DNA of 64,000 bases. It comes from Callorhinchus milii. Taxonomy: Eukaryota. The stretch covers positions 12,402,001 to 12,466,000 of the forward strand of contig NW_024704743.1 in assembly GCF_018977255.1 (NCBI RefSeq), given 5' to 3'. Shown one piece after another: positions 1 through 13,474 of the stretch; within the stretch, counting starts at the first letter, position 1, and each line of letters opens with the position of its first letter. The translations under genes and the position numbers were made by a program. Under the pieces are notes generated by a model, which saw only the letters and a list, made by a program, of their open reading frames with translations, searched no databases and was not told the origin of the DNA.

Positions 1-650
1 GTGAGAGTTTGATAAAACGGAAGCCATAGTCTTTGGCTCCCGTCAATGTCTTCTCTCCTGTAGTTCAGATCTCCTCGCCCTCCCCGAACTGCCCGCCCTC
101 CCCGAACTGCCCGCCCTCCCCGAACTGCCCGCCCTCCCCGAACTGCCCGCCCTCCCCGAACTGCCCGCCCTCCCCGAACTGCCCGCCCTCCCCGAACTGC
201 CCGCCCTCCCCGAACTGCCCGCCCTCCCCGAACTGCCTGCCCTCCCTGACCTCTCCCTGAGACTCACCGACCCCAATCCCCAGCTATTATACCACACAAC
301 TGGTCCCTGGCCAAGACCTCCACCTTCACCACATCGTCTGCCTCCATCAGTACCTCACTCCCAAAAGCTGCTGAAACCCTCGTCCATGCCTTTGTCATCT
401 CCTGCCTCGACTACTCAAATGCCCACCCCTCTGACCTCCTACTATTCACAAAATTCAACTAATTCAAAACTCCACTGCCCGTATTCTCACCCGCACTAAA
501 CTCCGTACCTCCATTACCCCAGTCCTTGTCAAACTCCATTGGCCCCTGTCACAGAGCGGATCGATTTCAAGATCCTCACTCTTGTATTTAAATCCCTTCA
601 TGCCCTGGCACCCCACTATCTCTCCAACCTGCTCCCTGCTCTCTCCCTAC
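1..650 (+). mobile_element. L2 LINE ORF2 3' fragment (decayed), interrupted by an 18-bp minisatellite
   Basis: Colinear with the L2 copy at about 14170-14670 (gaaaccctcgtccatgcc..., gatttcaagatcctc). Confidence 0.75.
76..246. repeat. 18-bp minisatellite (CGCCCTCCCCGAACTGCC) x about 9
   Basis: Perfect tandem units read directly; they produce the SPNCPP and SSGRAG pseudo-ORFs. Confidence 0.95.
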
Positions 651-699
651 ACTACAACTAGTTGCTCCCACTCCACTGGCTCCAGTCTCTTCCTTGTCT

Positions 700-1615
700 A
701 CTCTACCTCTCTGTCTTCACCCTTGTCTCCAGGACCACTGCTGTCCTGACAGAATGTCTTTCGGATATCAAGTCCTGGATGAAAGCTAACTTTCTTCAGT
801 TGAACGTCAACAAGACCGAGGCTCTCCTGATTGACTCCCATCAGCGGCTCCTCACCTCAAGCGCTGACAGCATCATCATCCATGGTTGCACGCTCCACCT
901 TGCTAAGCCAGTAGGGAACCTTGGGGTCTTGTTTGACCCTCAACTATACTTTTTACCCCACATATGCGCCATGACCCGCTCTGCCTTCCCCCATTTCCGC
1001 AATGTTGCCCGTCTCCGACACTGTCTCACACTGCAGACTGCCGAAACCCTCATACACTCCTTCATTACATTGAGGCTCGACTATGCAAACTCATCGCTTG
1101 TCGGCTTCCCCAACTCCTCCCTCCACAGGCTGCAGATCATCGAGAACTTTGCAGCCTGTGTCCTCTCCTGCACTAGGCTCACAACCCTATCACCCCCATC
1201 CTTGCCCAATTCCACTGACTTCCCATCACACAGAGGATACAGTCCCAAGATCCTGATCCTCACCTTTAAAGTCATCCATGGTCTAGCTCCCCACTACCTC
1301 TTCGACCTCCTAATCCCCTATCACCCTGTTCATTCCCTCTGCTCACCGGGCTCTGTAATTTTATTATTGTTGCTGTCCTCTGGACTCCCACCCCACCATC
1401 GGTGGTCGAGCTTTCAGATACTACGCCCGAAGCTGTGGAACTCTCCCTCAATCCCTTCAAATTGCCCATTTCTAACCTAATTTTTAGGTCGTGCTCGAAG
1501 ACCTTCCTCTTCGACTGTGCGTACAGTCATCTTCCCCTGGCTCGACATTGGACTCTGCCACTGTTAAGTGCTCCGAGATATGAAGGGCGCTGTATAAATG
1601 CAATTTGTTGTTATT
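700..1615 (+). mobile_element. L2 LINE 3' portion (RT C-terminus and tail)
   Basis: ORF 662-1480 contains CLSDIKSWMKANFLQLNVNKTE...RLDYANS, typical L2 ORF2. Ends in ggcgctgtataaatgcaatttgttgtt. Confidence 0.9.
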
Positions 1616-4600
1616 AAACTGAGCGCCTGGCCCGTCTGTCTATTCAGAAGGATGATAAAGATACCATGGTGCTTTTTGAAAAGAGAAGGGTATTTCTTCC
1701 TATGTTCTGGCATACAGTCCTCCAGATAAAGCTTATCATTCACTTCATAACTGTTCGTGGGACATTGTGTGCAAATTGGCTGCCTCATTCGCCTACAAAA
1801 TACACAGTCATTGGTTTTGACAGTAAATTCTGTGAAGTGTTTTGAGACATTTCGAGGACATGATAAGGTGCTATATCAAATGCAAGGATTATTGTGTGCA
1901 TACCATGCGCGCCTCTGAGTTTATCATTTTAGTACGTGCCAGTTGTTCTAAAATAGACTATTTTGTGACACCTCGCGAAGCTGTTTGAGATTAAAAATGC
2001 CAAGGCCATTGTGAATTTGTGACGGGAGATGTATAATCATTCAACAAACGTGTGTAGAGGTAAATCGTAATGTACAATCTGGGAGCAAAAGGGCATCAAT
2101 GAAACAAGCAAAGCTACTTGTTATACTTGTAATTGATGCATCACTTCACGAGTAAAGCCATGTAAGCCTTCGCTTAACCTCTTCCCATTGAGCAGAAGAG
2201 TCACGATTCTCTACAGGGTCATAATACTTTGTAAAATGTACTGTGGGACAATACAACACAAAAGGATATCTTAAAGCGTTTGACACTGCTGGCTGGGTAC
2301 CTGAGCTGGGGTGGGAGGCGAGGGGTTTGGGGAGGGAATAGATGACTGAAAACACCATCAACGAGGTAGAATTTTTTTAGACTTCCTCCAATGAGATGAA
2401 GGAGGGAATGTGTCGGATAGACTCCTGGATTGAGTTCCAGAGAGGGGACAGAAAGGCTGAAAAGCCATACAATGATTATGGTGGGACATAATAATAATAA
2501 TAATCCTTGTATTTGATATAGCGCCTTATCCCATCTTCAAAATGCCTCAAAGCACTTCATAAAGTATATTGTAAAATGAAGTGACTATATATTTTGTGGG
2601 CGAAACATGGCAGCCAATGCGCATAGAGGTGTCCCACAAACACTTGTGGATTGAGTGACCAAATTGTTTTTTTTAAGGAATTATTACTCCCGGAAAAGTG
2701 AGCCACCAATCAACTAACAAGCGCGTTCCTACTTTCTGCTAAGTAAACAGGCATGTGGAGAAAGGAAACTTGGCCAACATTTCGCCCTACTGGGAATGAA
2801 ACCGAGGTCTCTCGCTTGCGAGGCAACCACTAAGCTACAGGACTATTATTTGTGTAACTCGAGGAGAAACACATACTACAAGCCAATATCAGCAGCAGGA
2901 GAGAGAGTTCAGGCACCCTCTCATCCTGTGGGTTGACAATCGAGTGTGGGAATGAAGAAAAGGGATAGAAAGAATGTATTTTTCACCAACAAAAGGCACA
3001 AATCTACCAATGTAAGCAATGAGAACGCAAATAAATAAGAGCCGGAAAGAGGAATTAGTATAGAAAGGGCGAATTAAAAAGAAATGGATTTAGAGTTCGG
3101 AGTGTCTGTTAATAGACATGGTGTGCCAAATGGCACCTTTTTAAAAGCTGCAGATTGCTGATTGAGGAAACAGAACACGTGTGGTCCCGGACAGCTATGT
3201 TTAAAGGAAAAGTAAAAAGATCAAGCTCTTTTCTAAGATACAATATTGCAAGGACTTACAATAAGGGAGCAAGGACCCAGCTTGCTTCCTTATTTAAATT
3301 GTATCCCATTTGCACACAAGGTTTCCCCATGTGTCGATCACGGGTAAATGACGTTTTGTGACACGATGAATCTCTCTAGGTGACAGAAAGCCATAATGTA
3401 CAGTATAACAGGTGCTGAAGATGTATTCGTTCAGTGGGCAACTTTCATGTGCTCTAGTACCTGGAGATACTACTGTACCATGTGGCAGGAGGACACCAAA
3501 TTAGGAAATGGTTTATAGATTTGCAATTGAGACAAAGTTGCTCTCTGTAAAATAGTGATTTCACATGAAGCAGATGTTCTCTGAACGAAGGGAATGGGTA
3601 GATTATGTGGGGTTGAACAATGCGATTACTGAAAATTTGGCAGTGAGAGTGGGTGGTGGGTTAAGATTGCTACAAGTCTGATCGCTGATAACAGTAGGGC
3701 CCCTGTTATTAACAATCAGTGAAAGGATAATATTTCACACTGTGAGCTCACAGTCCAGCAAGGCTGACACTCCCAATTGAGCACTCGGGCAACACTAAAT
3801 TGCTGAAGGTGCCGTTCTTTGGATGATGCATTATTTATTGATCCCTGTTCATTTGGATGCGCTATTTGAAAAGAGAAGGAAGTTTCTCCCAGTATCCTGG
3901 CCAACAATCCTCTGGAGAAAATTGGTCATTGACTGAATGGCTGTTTTTGGGTCCTTGCTTGAGTGCAAATTGACTGCTGTTTTGGCTACAAATAAACACA
4001 CACTAGTCACTAGACTTGTGTCAGCCTCTGAGTCAGAAGGTTGTGGGTTCAAGCTTCACTGCACAACGATTGCATTGTGGGAGGTGCCGTCCTTTGGATG
4101 TTAAACTGAAGTCTCATCTGCCTGTTCAGCTGAATGTTAAAGATCCCATGGCACTATTTGAAAAGAGAAGCCAGTTTCTCACAGTGGCCTGGCAACAATC
4201 GCCCAAATAGAATTGGTTACCCATGGCTGTTTGATATCCATTGCTCTTTGCAAGCTAACTACAGCATTTTTACTCACAAAATACACAGTCAATCCACTTT
4301 ACAGTATATCCCCTCCCTCCCTTCCTTCAAATCCCACCTAAAGCCTTTACTTTTTGATTGTGCTTACGGTCACCTCCCCACTCCCTCTCCCCTGGCTGAT
4401 TGTCAGACACCACCACTGTGAAGAGCTCCGGGACACTACCCCGCATAAAGGGCATACAAATGCACGTTTTTGTTGCTTTTATCCTGCAAAGTGCTTTGAG
4501 ACGCCTCAACAACATAATGAGGCGCTATATCAAATTCAAGGATTTTTATTATTAAACTTGACAGCAATTCCCTGTGAAGGGCTTTGCAACATTTTAATGT

Positions 4601-5464
4601 GAAAAACACTACAGCAAATGTAGCGATTGTTATCGTTCAAAGAAAATATATCACAATATCATATGTTCCTCATTTCTCTCTGGACTTCAGATCTTATGCC
4701 GTCGCATGGCTTTTAGTATTAACTATTGTTACAAAGCAATCCTTTATAAAAAGGCTAGTTGCTACTAGGTAAACAGAGGCGTGTGGAGTAAAGAAACTTA
4801 CTTAGGTTTCGCCCTACCCGGGAATCAAACTTGTGTCCTCTTGTTTGCAAGGCAAACATACTAATCACTACGCTACGGGACTCCACTGAATAAGGGAGAG
4901 GCCAGTTAGCCCATTAATAATAATAAGTATGTGACAATGTAAAACAAACATGATAATTATCAATGCAACTGACTCTGTTAATAAAACTATTCAAAAAGGA
5001 GAACAAAATATCAATCTCTTGTAAAAAGTAGCTATTTTGGGAAGTTCAGATGTATCAAGAAAAAGTAACTTTCATTCATGTTCCATTCTTATTCTTTCAA
5101 AAGTAAATTAGATAGATTTATTTTAGGAAATAATATCTTGGGATACAGTATATAGTTTGGGGCATGTGCATGGTGCACATGTCCCAAACTATGGGATAGT
5201 GCCCATTCCATTCCAACAAACTATATCTGGGAATTCCATGTGTAGGTAGGATACATAGAATTCTCAGTTTGGTTTGGATACTGTAAAGCATAGTGATGGG
5301 TTTCCGCATGACAACTGGCTGACCAAAAAAATATATAGCGCTCTTCACACTATAAATAATCATTCTTGCATTTGATATAATACCTTTCATGTCTGGAAGA
5401 TGTCTCGAAGTGCTTCACAGGATCTATTGTGAAGTGAAGCCTTTTCGACAATGAGCACCGTCAC

Positions 5465-6075
5465 ACCTCTGCGTCACCTCTAGCCCCACAGCCTCCTGCA
5501 GGCTGACAATGTTCCACAAAACCCGTTGCCTCTCGTCTCAGTGTGCGCATCTTGGCTGCCGCCCGCGACCCGAGCTGGCTCTCCCTCAAAATGCCCCCCG
5601 CCCTGCAACTCTCCCGCACTGTCTGGCTCTCTCTCCGCCCTCCCCGCCTCTTATCTCTGCTTGGCGGCCATTCACGGCCTTGCACCCTCTTATCTCTACT
5701 ATCCCCCTACTTACCTGCCCGTACCCTCCGTTCCTCTGGCTACGGCTGCTGCACATCCCCTGCCCTAACTGCCCTACCATCGGTGGCCAGGCCTTCAGCC
5801 TCTCAGCCCCTAGGCTCTGGTACTCCATCCCCCAGTGCCTTCGCTTTGCTTCCTCTCTTTCCTCCTTCAAGGCCGGTCTCAAGACCTTTCTCTTTGACCG
5901 TGCCTTCAGCTCCCCTCTCGACACTCTACCCACTCCTCGCTCCCTCCCTTCCCTCCCCTCACCCTGATCATTTCCCCCCTGCTCGGGTCCCGACCCAACT
6001 GTCCAGCGCCTTGGGACGTCCTCCCGACGTGAAAGGCGCTCTATAAATGAAATCTTGTTGTTGTTCTTGTTGTTG
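5465..6075 (+). mobile_element. L2 LINE 3' end with intact stem-loop and (GTT)n tail
   Basis: GGQAFSLSAPRLWYSIP...FKAGLKTFLF motif; tail gcgccttgggacgtcctcccgacgtgaaaggcgctctataaatgaaatcttgttgttgtt. Confidence 0.9.
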
Positions 6076-6076
6076 A

Positions 6077-9000
6077 CCACCCCACTGCCTCCCTCTGCTC
6101 CAGCCTGGGAATCCTCCACAGGGCTCATCGCAGCACTCAGCGCTGGCTGTCCAGCAGCAGCCACACCAACTGCTTCATTCCCCACTACCGCCCCAATCCA
6201 CCCCAGACCTTGATCCCGGGGGCTAACCTCTCCTCCCTCATCCGCATCCCCACCCTCTCTGCCCACCAATCCACTACCCCCTCCCATCCCACACATCCCC
6301 CTGCCAACTATCCACTCTGCATTGGCCTTCAAAATGTCCGCTCCATCTCCCAACAAGACCCTGGCCATCAATGAACTCATTCTTATAATATAATAATAAT
6401 AATAATAACTCATCCTTAATGAGAACACTGACATTATGGCCCTCATTGAATCCTGCAGCACCCCAGGTGACACCTTCCCCTTCACTGAGGCCACACCACC
6501 CGGCTATACCTACCACCATGCCCCACGCTCCAACCGTCGTGGCGGTGGGGTGGCCCTCATATCCAAGGTGTCACTTGCCCTATCCCGCTACTCCACCGGT
6601 TCATTACCCTCTTTTGAAACCTTACCCTCTGCCATCCCTCCCACCTCTCTCTAAAAATCCTCTTACTTTACCGCTCCCCAAAATCCTCCCCCACCTTCAT
6701 CTCTGACATCTCCATCCTCCTTGCTTCCCTCTGTCTCTGCTCCGACCGCCTCATCATCCTAGGCGACTTCAACCTCCACTTCACCCCCTCCTGCTCCATC
6801 TCCTCAGACTTCTCTCTCAACCTCTCCCTCCACATCCACTCTGCTACCCACACCCAAGGTCATCCGCTTGACCTGGTGATCACCCAGGGCCTCAGTGTCT
6901 CAGATGTCACGATCACTGACAAGGTCTATCTCTGACCACCATTTCATCTCTCTCAACTCCCATATCCCTCTCCCCACTGCCTCCAAACCTACCACCATCT
7001 TCTACCGCCCGTGAAAGAAGATCTCCCCGCAATCCCTCCCGTTGCCCTGGAGTCCTCTGAACTCCTCCCCCTCTGGCCCACCTCCCGCACCAACACACTT
7101 GCTGCGCTTACTCTCTCCACCACTGCAGCACCCTCTCCACCACACTCGATGTCCTTGCCCCCCTCACCTCCCGAACTGCCTCCTATTCCCGATCCTCACC
7201 CTGGTTCACCAGCAACCTCCGCTCGCTTAAGGGCCAGGTGCGGGCTGCCGAACTCACTTGGCTCAAATCCGGCCTAACGGTCCATGCAACATCTGGCAGG
7301 ACTTCATCAAGGCCTTCTGCTCCGCTCTCGCCTTGGCCAAGTCATCCTTCTATCCCAGGTTAATCCTAGCTCCTGTTCTCCACCACCAACCGGCTCCTCC
7401 GCTGTCCCCGCTATGCCTCGCAGATTCTTTCCTCTGACTCTCACTGCGAGAAAATGCTGGACTTGCTCGAGTCCAAAATCCACTCAGCTGCCTGCCCCCC
7501 CAGCTTCCACCCCCTCCCTACCCCCACCCCACACAATTACCCATCCGACAATTACCCATCCCTCCTTCCATACCTTTGAGCCTGTCACCCCCTCCTCTGT
7601 CTTCAACATGGTAACCTCCATGAAGCCCAACACCTGCTCCCTGGACCCCATCCCCACCCCTCTCCTTAAATCCCAGCTCCATTTTCTTGTCCCACTACTC
7701 AACGACATCATTAACCTCTCCCTGTCATCTGGCACTGTTCCTTCCCCCCTCAAAACAGCCATTATCAGCCCCACCTTGCAGAAACTTTCCCTTGATCATC
7801 ACAGCTTTCCAGCTACCGGCCCATCTCCAACTTCCCTTTTCTGTCTAAGGTCCTTGAGAGAGCCGTTGCCTCCCAGTTTCGCTCTTTCCTCTCCTCTCAC
7901 TCCCTCTATAAACCCCTCCAATCAGGTTTCCATGCTGTCCACAGCACGGAAACTGCTCTGGTCAAGGTCACAAACGACATCCTGACCACGTGTGACCAGG
8001 GCTCCCTCTGCCTCCTCGTCCTCCTCGACGCAAACGGCTTCTCCTCCAGTCCCTGCACCATTTTGTGCGGTGATCCTTAGGGCTCTGTCCTTAGTCCCCT
8101 CCTCTTCACCCTCTACATGCTCCCCCTTGGTGACATCAACCGCAGACATGGGGTAAATTTCCACAGGTATGCGGATAACACCCAACTTTACCTCTCTGCC
8201 TCCACCCTGAACCCCAGGACTACTGGCTTCCTGACCGACTACCTTTCCGACATCAAGTCCTGGACGAGGGACAGCTTTTTCCAACTCAACGTCAGCAAGA
8301 CCGAGGCCCTCCTGATTGGCTCACACCAGCGCCTCTGCCCCCTCAGGCGCTGGCAGCATCAGCCTCCACGGCTGCACACTCAACCTCACTAAGCCAGTCA
8401 GGAACCTGGGTATCTTGTTTGACCCTGAACTGTCCTTTCTCCCCCACATCCGCGCCTTGACCGGTACAGCCTACCACCACCTCCGCAATATTGCCAGACT
8501 CCGACACTGCCTCACCCCTCAGGCTGCCGAAACCCTCACCCATGCATTTGTCATATCAAGGCTCGATTACAGGAATTCCCTCCTCATCGGTCTTCCCAAC
8601 TCTTCCCTTCACAAGCTGCAGATCATCCAAAACTCTGCAGCTCGTGTACTCTCGTGCACCAGACTCCGTGACCCCATCACTCCCACCCTCGCCCGACTCC
8701 ACTGGCTCCCCATCCCCCAGAAGATCGAGTTCAAGATCCTCATCCTCACCTTTAAGGCCATCCATGGCCTTGCCCCCTCCTACCTCTCTGACCTACTGAC
8801 TCCCTACCAACCTGCCCGCTCCCTCCGCTCATCAGGCCTGCTCCATGTCTCCCGCCCGACCTGCCCTACCATCGGTGGCCGGGCTTTCAGCCTCTCTGCC
8901 CCCACACTCTGGAACTCTATCCCACGATACCTTCTCCTCGCTTCCTCCCTTACCTCCTTCAAGGCCGGTCTCAAAACCTTTCTCTTCGATCGTGCCTTTG

Positions 9001-9140
9001 GTCTCCCTCCCACCTCTCCGCCTTCCCTCACCCCTACACCACCCCTCCCCCATGCTTGGGCCCCGACACCTGACTGTTTACCGCTTTGGGATGTCCTCTC
9101 AACGTGAAAGGCGCCCAATAAATGTAATTTTGTTGTTGTT
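6077..9140 (+). mobile_element. Near-complete, frameshifted L2 ORF2 (APE endonuclease and RT) with internal deletions
   Basis: Endonuclease motifs (YHHAPRSNRRGGGVALI, IILGDFN), [19 protein letters not shown] (YADD site), SRLDYRNSLL, and a (GTT)n tail. Confidence 0.92.
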
Positions 9141-9359
9141 GTGTGGTGTTGGTCAAAAGAAAGCTTCTCCGTGGTAACTAACTCTGTAAGAATTCCAAGC
9201 ACCCATGTACCACAAGCCAAACTGTTCCAATTTCCCACATGATTCCCATGATACCTCTATCTCTAAATGTAATAACTCTGGATCCTATTAGTTGGCAAGA
9301 ACGTGCCCAGTTTATTTTTGACACATAAAATTGGTGCTTCACTTCATGGCTATTTGTGT

Positions 9360-9915
9360 GATCACATCCAGGTTCGATTATGCTCTGTCGGTCTTCCCAA
9401 CTCTTCCCTCCACAAGCTGCAGATCATTCAGAACTCTGCAGCTTGTATCCTCTCCTGCACAAGGCTCTGTGGCCCTATCACCCTCGCCCAGCTCCACAGG
9501 CTCCCCATCCCCCAGAGGATAGAGTTCAGAATCCTCATCATCACTTTCAAAGCCCTCTACGGCCTTGCTGCTTTCTACAGCTGTGACCTGCTGGCCCCAA
9601 ACCAAACTGTCCTCTCCTTCTGCTCAGCAGCCTTCTCCACGTCGTCCCCCACCATTGACGGTCGGGCCTCTCTGCCCCGACCCTTTGGAACTCCATCCCA
9701 CAGTCCCTTCACCTAGACCTCTCCTTTGCCTCTTTCAAGGCATGTCTCAAAACCCTCCTCTTTGACCGGTCATCTTACTGCCCTCACCTCCCTGCTCTCT
9801 ACCCCCTCCTGATCCCAACCTCCAGCTTCGTGCAAATCCTTGACTGTACAGCAGCTTGGGATGTCCTACCAACGAGAAAGGTGCTATAGAAATGTAAATT
9901 GTTGTTGTTGCTGTT
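9360..9915 (+). mobile_element. L2 3' fragment
   Basis: LQIIQNSAA...LPIPQRIEF motif and L2 tail. Confidence 0.85.
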
Positions 9916-10894
9916 GATGATAATAATAATCTTTGCATTTGATATAGCGCTTTTCATGTCTTCGAGACGTCTCAAAGCGCGTGACAGAATATACTGTAAA
10001 GTGAATTGACTGTATATTTGTGGGAGAAACATGGCAGCCAATTGCGCACAGCAGTGTCCCATAAACAGTTGTGTTTGGTGTGCAAAATTGGATGCTGCGC
10101 TTGCCTGCAAAAATACATGGTCACTGCACTCTACAGTGAACCTTGTAAAGCACTGAGTGTGTAATAGGGTAAGGGGTCATCAGAAAGCAAATGCTTTTCC
10201 CTTAAGAGGGGACTTGATTAAGGTTTTGAATGGATTTGATAAGGTGTTCAGCTCCTTGGGATGTCCTTCCGACATGAAAGGCCCTATATAAATGCAAGTT
10301 GTTGTTGTTGTTGTCGGCGTAACAGGCTGTTAATAATCCTTGCATTTGATTAAGCGCCTTTCACATCGGGTAGACGTCCCAAAGCATTTCATAGATTCAG
10401 TGTGAAGTGGAGTTACTGTGTGCATTTGTGGGCAAACACAGAAGCCAATTTATTGGTCAGGACACTGGAAGAAACTCTTCTCTTTTTGAATAGTGCCACA
10501 AGATCTTTTACGTCCACCTAAAGAGGCAGACAGCATCTCGTCTTAACGTCTCATCCAAAATACGTACGGCTCCTCCGACAATGCAACCCCCACCCACTGA
10601 GGTGGAGTGTCAGCTTAGTCAATATGATTCCAAGTCCCGACATGGGGCTTGAATCCACAACTTTCTGACTGCTATCAGCCAGGCTGACATCTACTGTAAA
10701 GCATAGTGACTGTGTGTTCTTTAAGTGAACGCGGCAGCCAATTTGCACACATCATTGTCTCACTAACAGAAATAAAGTGAAGAACCTCGACTAACGATTT
10801 TATTCTAGTAAAAAAATGTCCCTTGTGACTCGTTGACCCCAGAAGGCATTAGTGGTTACTTGTGTGAAGGGTTATGATGGTATGTCAGTAACCA

Positions 10895-11170
10895 CAGACA
10901 CGATTTAAGATAATTGGCAAAAGAACCAGAGGGGACATGAGGAGGCATATTTTTATTCAGAGAATTGTTACGATCTGGAATGCACTGCCTGAAAGGGTGG
11001 TGGAACCAAATTTAATGACAACTTTCAAAGGGGAATTGGATAGGTACCTCACAAAGTAAAATGTGAAGGGCTAATGGATAAGAGCGGGGGAGTCGGCTTA
11101 ATTGGATAGCTCTTTAAAGACCCGGCACAGGGACAATGGGCTGAATGGCCTCCTTCTGTGCTGTAAGATT
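10895..11170 (+). mobile_element. CR1 LINE 3' fragment
   Basis: tggaatgcactgcctgaaagggtggtgga...gggctgaatggcctccttctgtgctgta resembles the CR1 ORF2 end and 3' UTR. Confidence 0.7.
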
Positions 11171-11884
11171 TTATGAGGGATCAGCCCATCCAGTGCTCCC
11201 AGCTGAGGAGGCCTTTGCTCTCTGTGCAGTCCTGTAGCTCAGTGGTCAGAGTCCTGGGTTTGATTCCCGGCAGGGCGAAATATTGGGCAAGTTTCCTTAT
11301 TCCTTATGCCTCTGTTTAAGTACCAGTAAGTAGGAACCCAATTGTTTGTTGATTGGTGAATCGCTTTTCTGGGAAATTGGTCACTCAATCTACGAGTGTG
11401 GGACACTGCAGTATGTAATTGGCTGCCACGTTTCGCCCACAAATATAGAGTCAATTCACGTTATAGTATATTCTGTGAAGCACTTTGAGATATCTGGAAG
11501 ACGTGAAAAGCACTATATCAAATGCAAGGATTATTATTATTATATAGTTCCAGTACTGCACTCAAAGCAGATCTGTCTGTTCTCCCTGGTCAGTTTTTCT
11601 GTCTCCTTTTCTTAGCAACAATTTGTGAAGACTGTAGAGCGTATAATTGAAGGCTGGTAAAATATAGGAGCGGGCTGTATAAATCTTGTTGTTCAGTGTT
11701 GCTTTTACAAGCAGCTTTCACTGTGTCTCTCAGTCATTAATGTTACATGTAGCCTGGGTGTTAGATTTACACGGCATTTCTTTTGTTATTTCTTTAGAAA
11801 GCAACCCCAGAGCAATAAACTCACATACTCAGTTAGTTTAAAGGGTAATTTCAGGGCAAATACCAGGAAAGGTTTTTTTTGTGT

Positions 11885-12220
11885 TAGTCTGGCTCAGCAT
11901 TCTCACTTCTATGTCAGAAGGTTGTGGGTTCAAGCCCCACATCAGGACTCGGAATCACATAGTCTAAACTGACACTCCAATTCAGTGCTGGGGTCTGTTG
12001 ATTGATGGAGGTGCCAGTATTCAGGTGAGATGTTAAACCGAGGTCCCATCTGCTTCTTCTGGATGTTAAAGATCCCATGGCGCTATTTGAAAAGAGGAGT
12101 TTTTCCCGGTGTCCTAGCCAACAGTCACTCAATAAAATTGGTCACTCACTCCATGGGAGTGTGAGTTTGTGGGACATTGCTGTGTGCAACTGGCTGCTGT
12201 GTTTCATCCACAAAATACAC
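11885..12220 (+). mobile_element. tRNA-headed Deu-domain-type SINE (second SINE family; other copies near 4020, 34470, 49145, 58247)
   Basis: tggctcag...agaaggttgtgggttcaagcccc head followed by gaggtgcc...agatgttaaaccgaggtcc...aaagatcccatggc core, recalled as the Deu domain of shark and amniote SINEs. Confidence 0.7.
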
Positions 12221-12221
12221 A

Positions 12222-13410
12222 ACAGCAAATTACATTTATATAGCACCTTTCACGTCAGGAGGACATTTCAAAGCACTGGACAGTCAGGGCTCCGCACCCA
12301 AGCTGGTGGTTGGGATCAGGAGGGTTGGAGGGTGGAGAGGGGAGGGTTAGGAGGGTGACTGAAGGCACGGTCGAAGAGGAGGGTCTTGAGACGGGTCTTG
12401 AAGGAGGCAAGGGAGCGGGCAAGATGGAGAGACTGTGGGATGGAGTTCCAGAGAGTGGGGGCAAAGAGGCCTGCCAATGGTGGGGTGGGCAAGGTAGGGT
12501 ACTTGAAGCAGGCTGGAGCCCGCTGAGCGGAGAGAGCAGACAGGTTGGTAGGGGGTTAGGAGGTCATAGAGGTAGGGAGGAGCAAGGCCATGGAGGGCTT
12601 TGAAGGTGATGGCTAGGATCTTGAGTGATGGGGAGCCAGTGAATTGGGTGAGGAGGGGGTGATAGGGTCGTGGAGCCTGGTGCGGGAGAGGACAAGGGCT
12701 GCAGAGTTCTGGATAATCTGCAACCTGTGGAGGAAGGAATTGGGGAGGCCGAGAGCAGGGAGTTTGCGTAGGCCTGGAGGAGAAGTTGTTAGTGGAGACC
12801 AAAGTAGAGACAGTGGGAGAGGTAGGATTTGAACCAGGAAAGGGCAGGTCCGTGAAGGTTGAGGTGAAAGGAGTGGCAGTGTAGGAGGATAGCATGGTCA
12901 ACCTTGTCAAAGGCAGCAGAGAGGTCGAGGAGATCAAGGAGGCAGAGAGAGCCCTGATCACAGATGGACAGAATGTCGTTAGTGACTCTGACCTGGGCTA
13001 TTTGAGCGATTGGAGGGATTCATAGAGGGAATGGCTGGAGAGGAAAGAGCGAAGCTGTGACTCGATGATTCATTCCAGGGCTTTGGAGAGGCAAGTGAGG
13101 TAGGATATAGGATGATAACTGGAAAGTAGGGATGGGTCCAGGGAAGGTTTGTTTGAGGATGGGGGTGATGACAGCTGTTTTTAAAGGATTGGAAACAGTG
13201 CCAGTGGATAAGGAGAGGTTGATGATGTAGGTTAAAAGAGGGGCCAGGAGGTGGAGCTGGGAGGTAACAAGAAGGGTGGGGATGGCGTCGAGGGAGCAGG
13301 TGGTGGGCTTAATTTTTGAGATGATGGAGGTGAGGGAAGAGGGGGAGACAGGGTCGGAGGTGTTTAGGGAGGGATGAGTAGGGGCAGAGTGTGAGGGAGA
13401 GGTGAGGACA
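12222..13410 (-). mobile_element. L2 fragment with internal deletion
   Basis: Reverse-strand L2 tail at about 12225; RT-region homology to the 7560-8020 copy. Confidence 0.85.
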
Positions 13411-13474
13411 CAGTCAGTCTATTTTACAGTATATCCTGTGTAGTGCTTTGCAACGTCTGAACAACGTGATAATG

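Noticed and set aside
76..246. CRISPR-like appearance of the tandem repeats (also 28532-28768)
   Set aside because: No unique spacers, no cas genes, and the context is a vertebrate intron.
6077..9140. Active autonomous L2
   Set aside because: Multiple frameshifts, stops, an RT deletion near 8028, and YADN in place of YADD.
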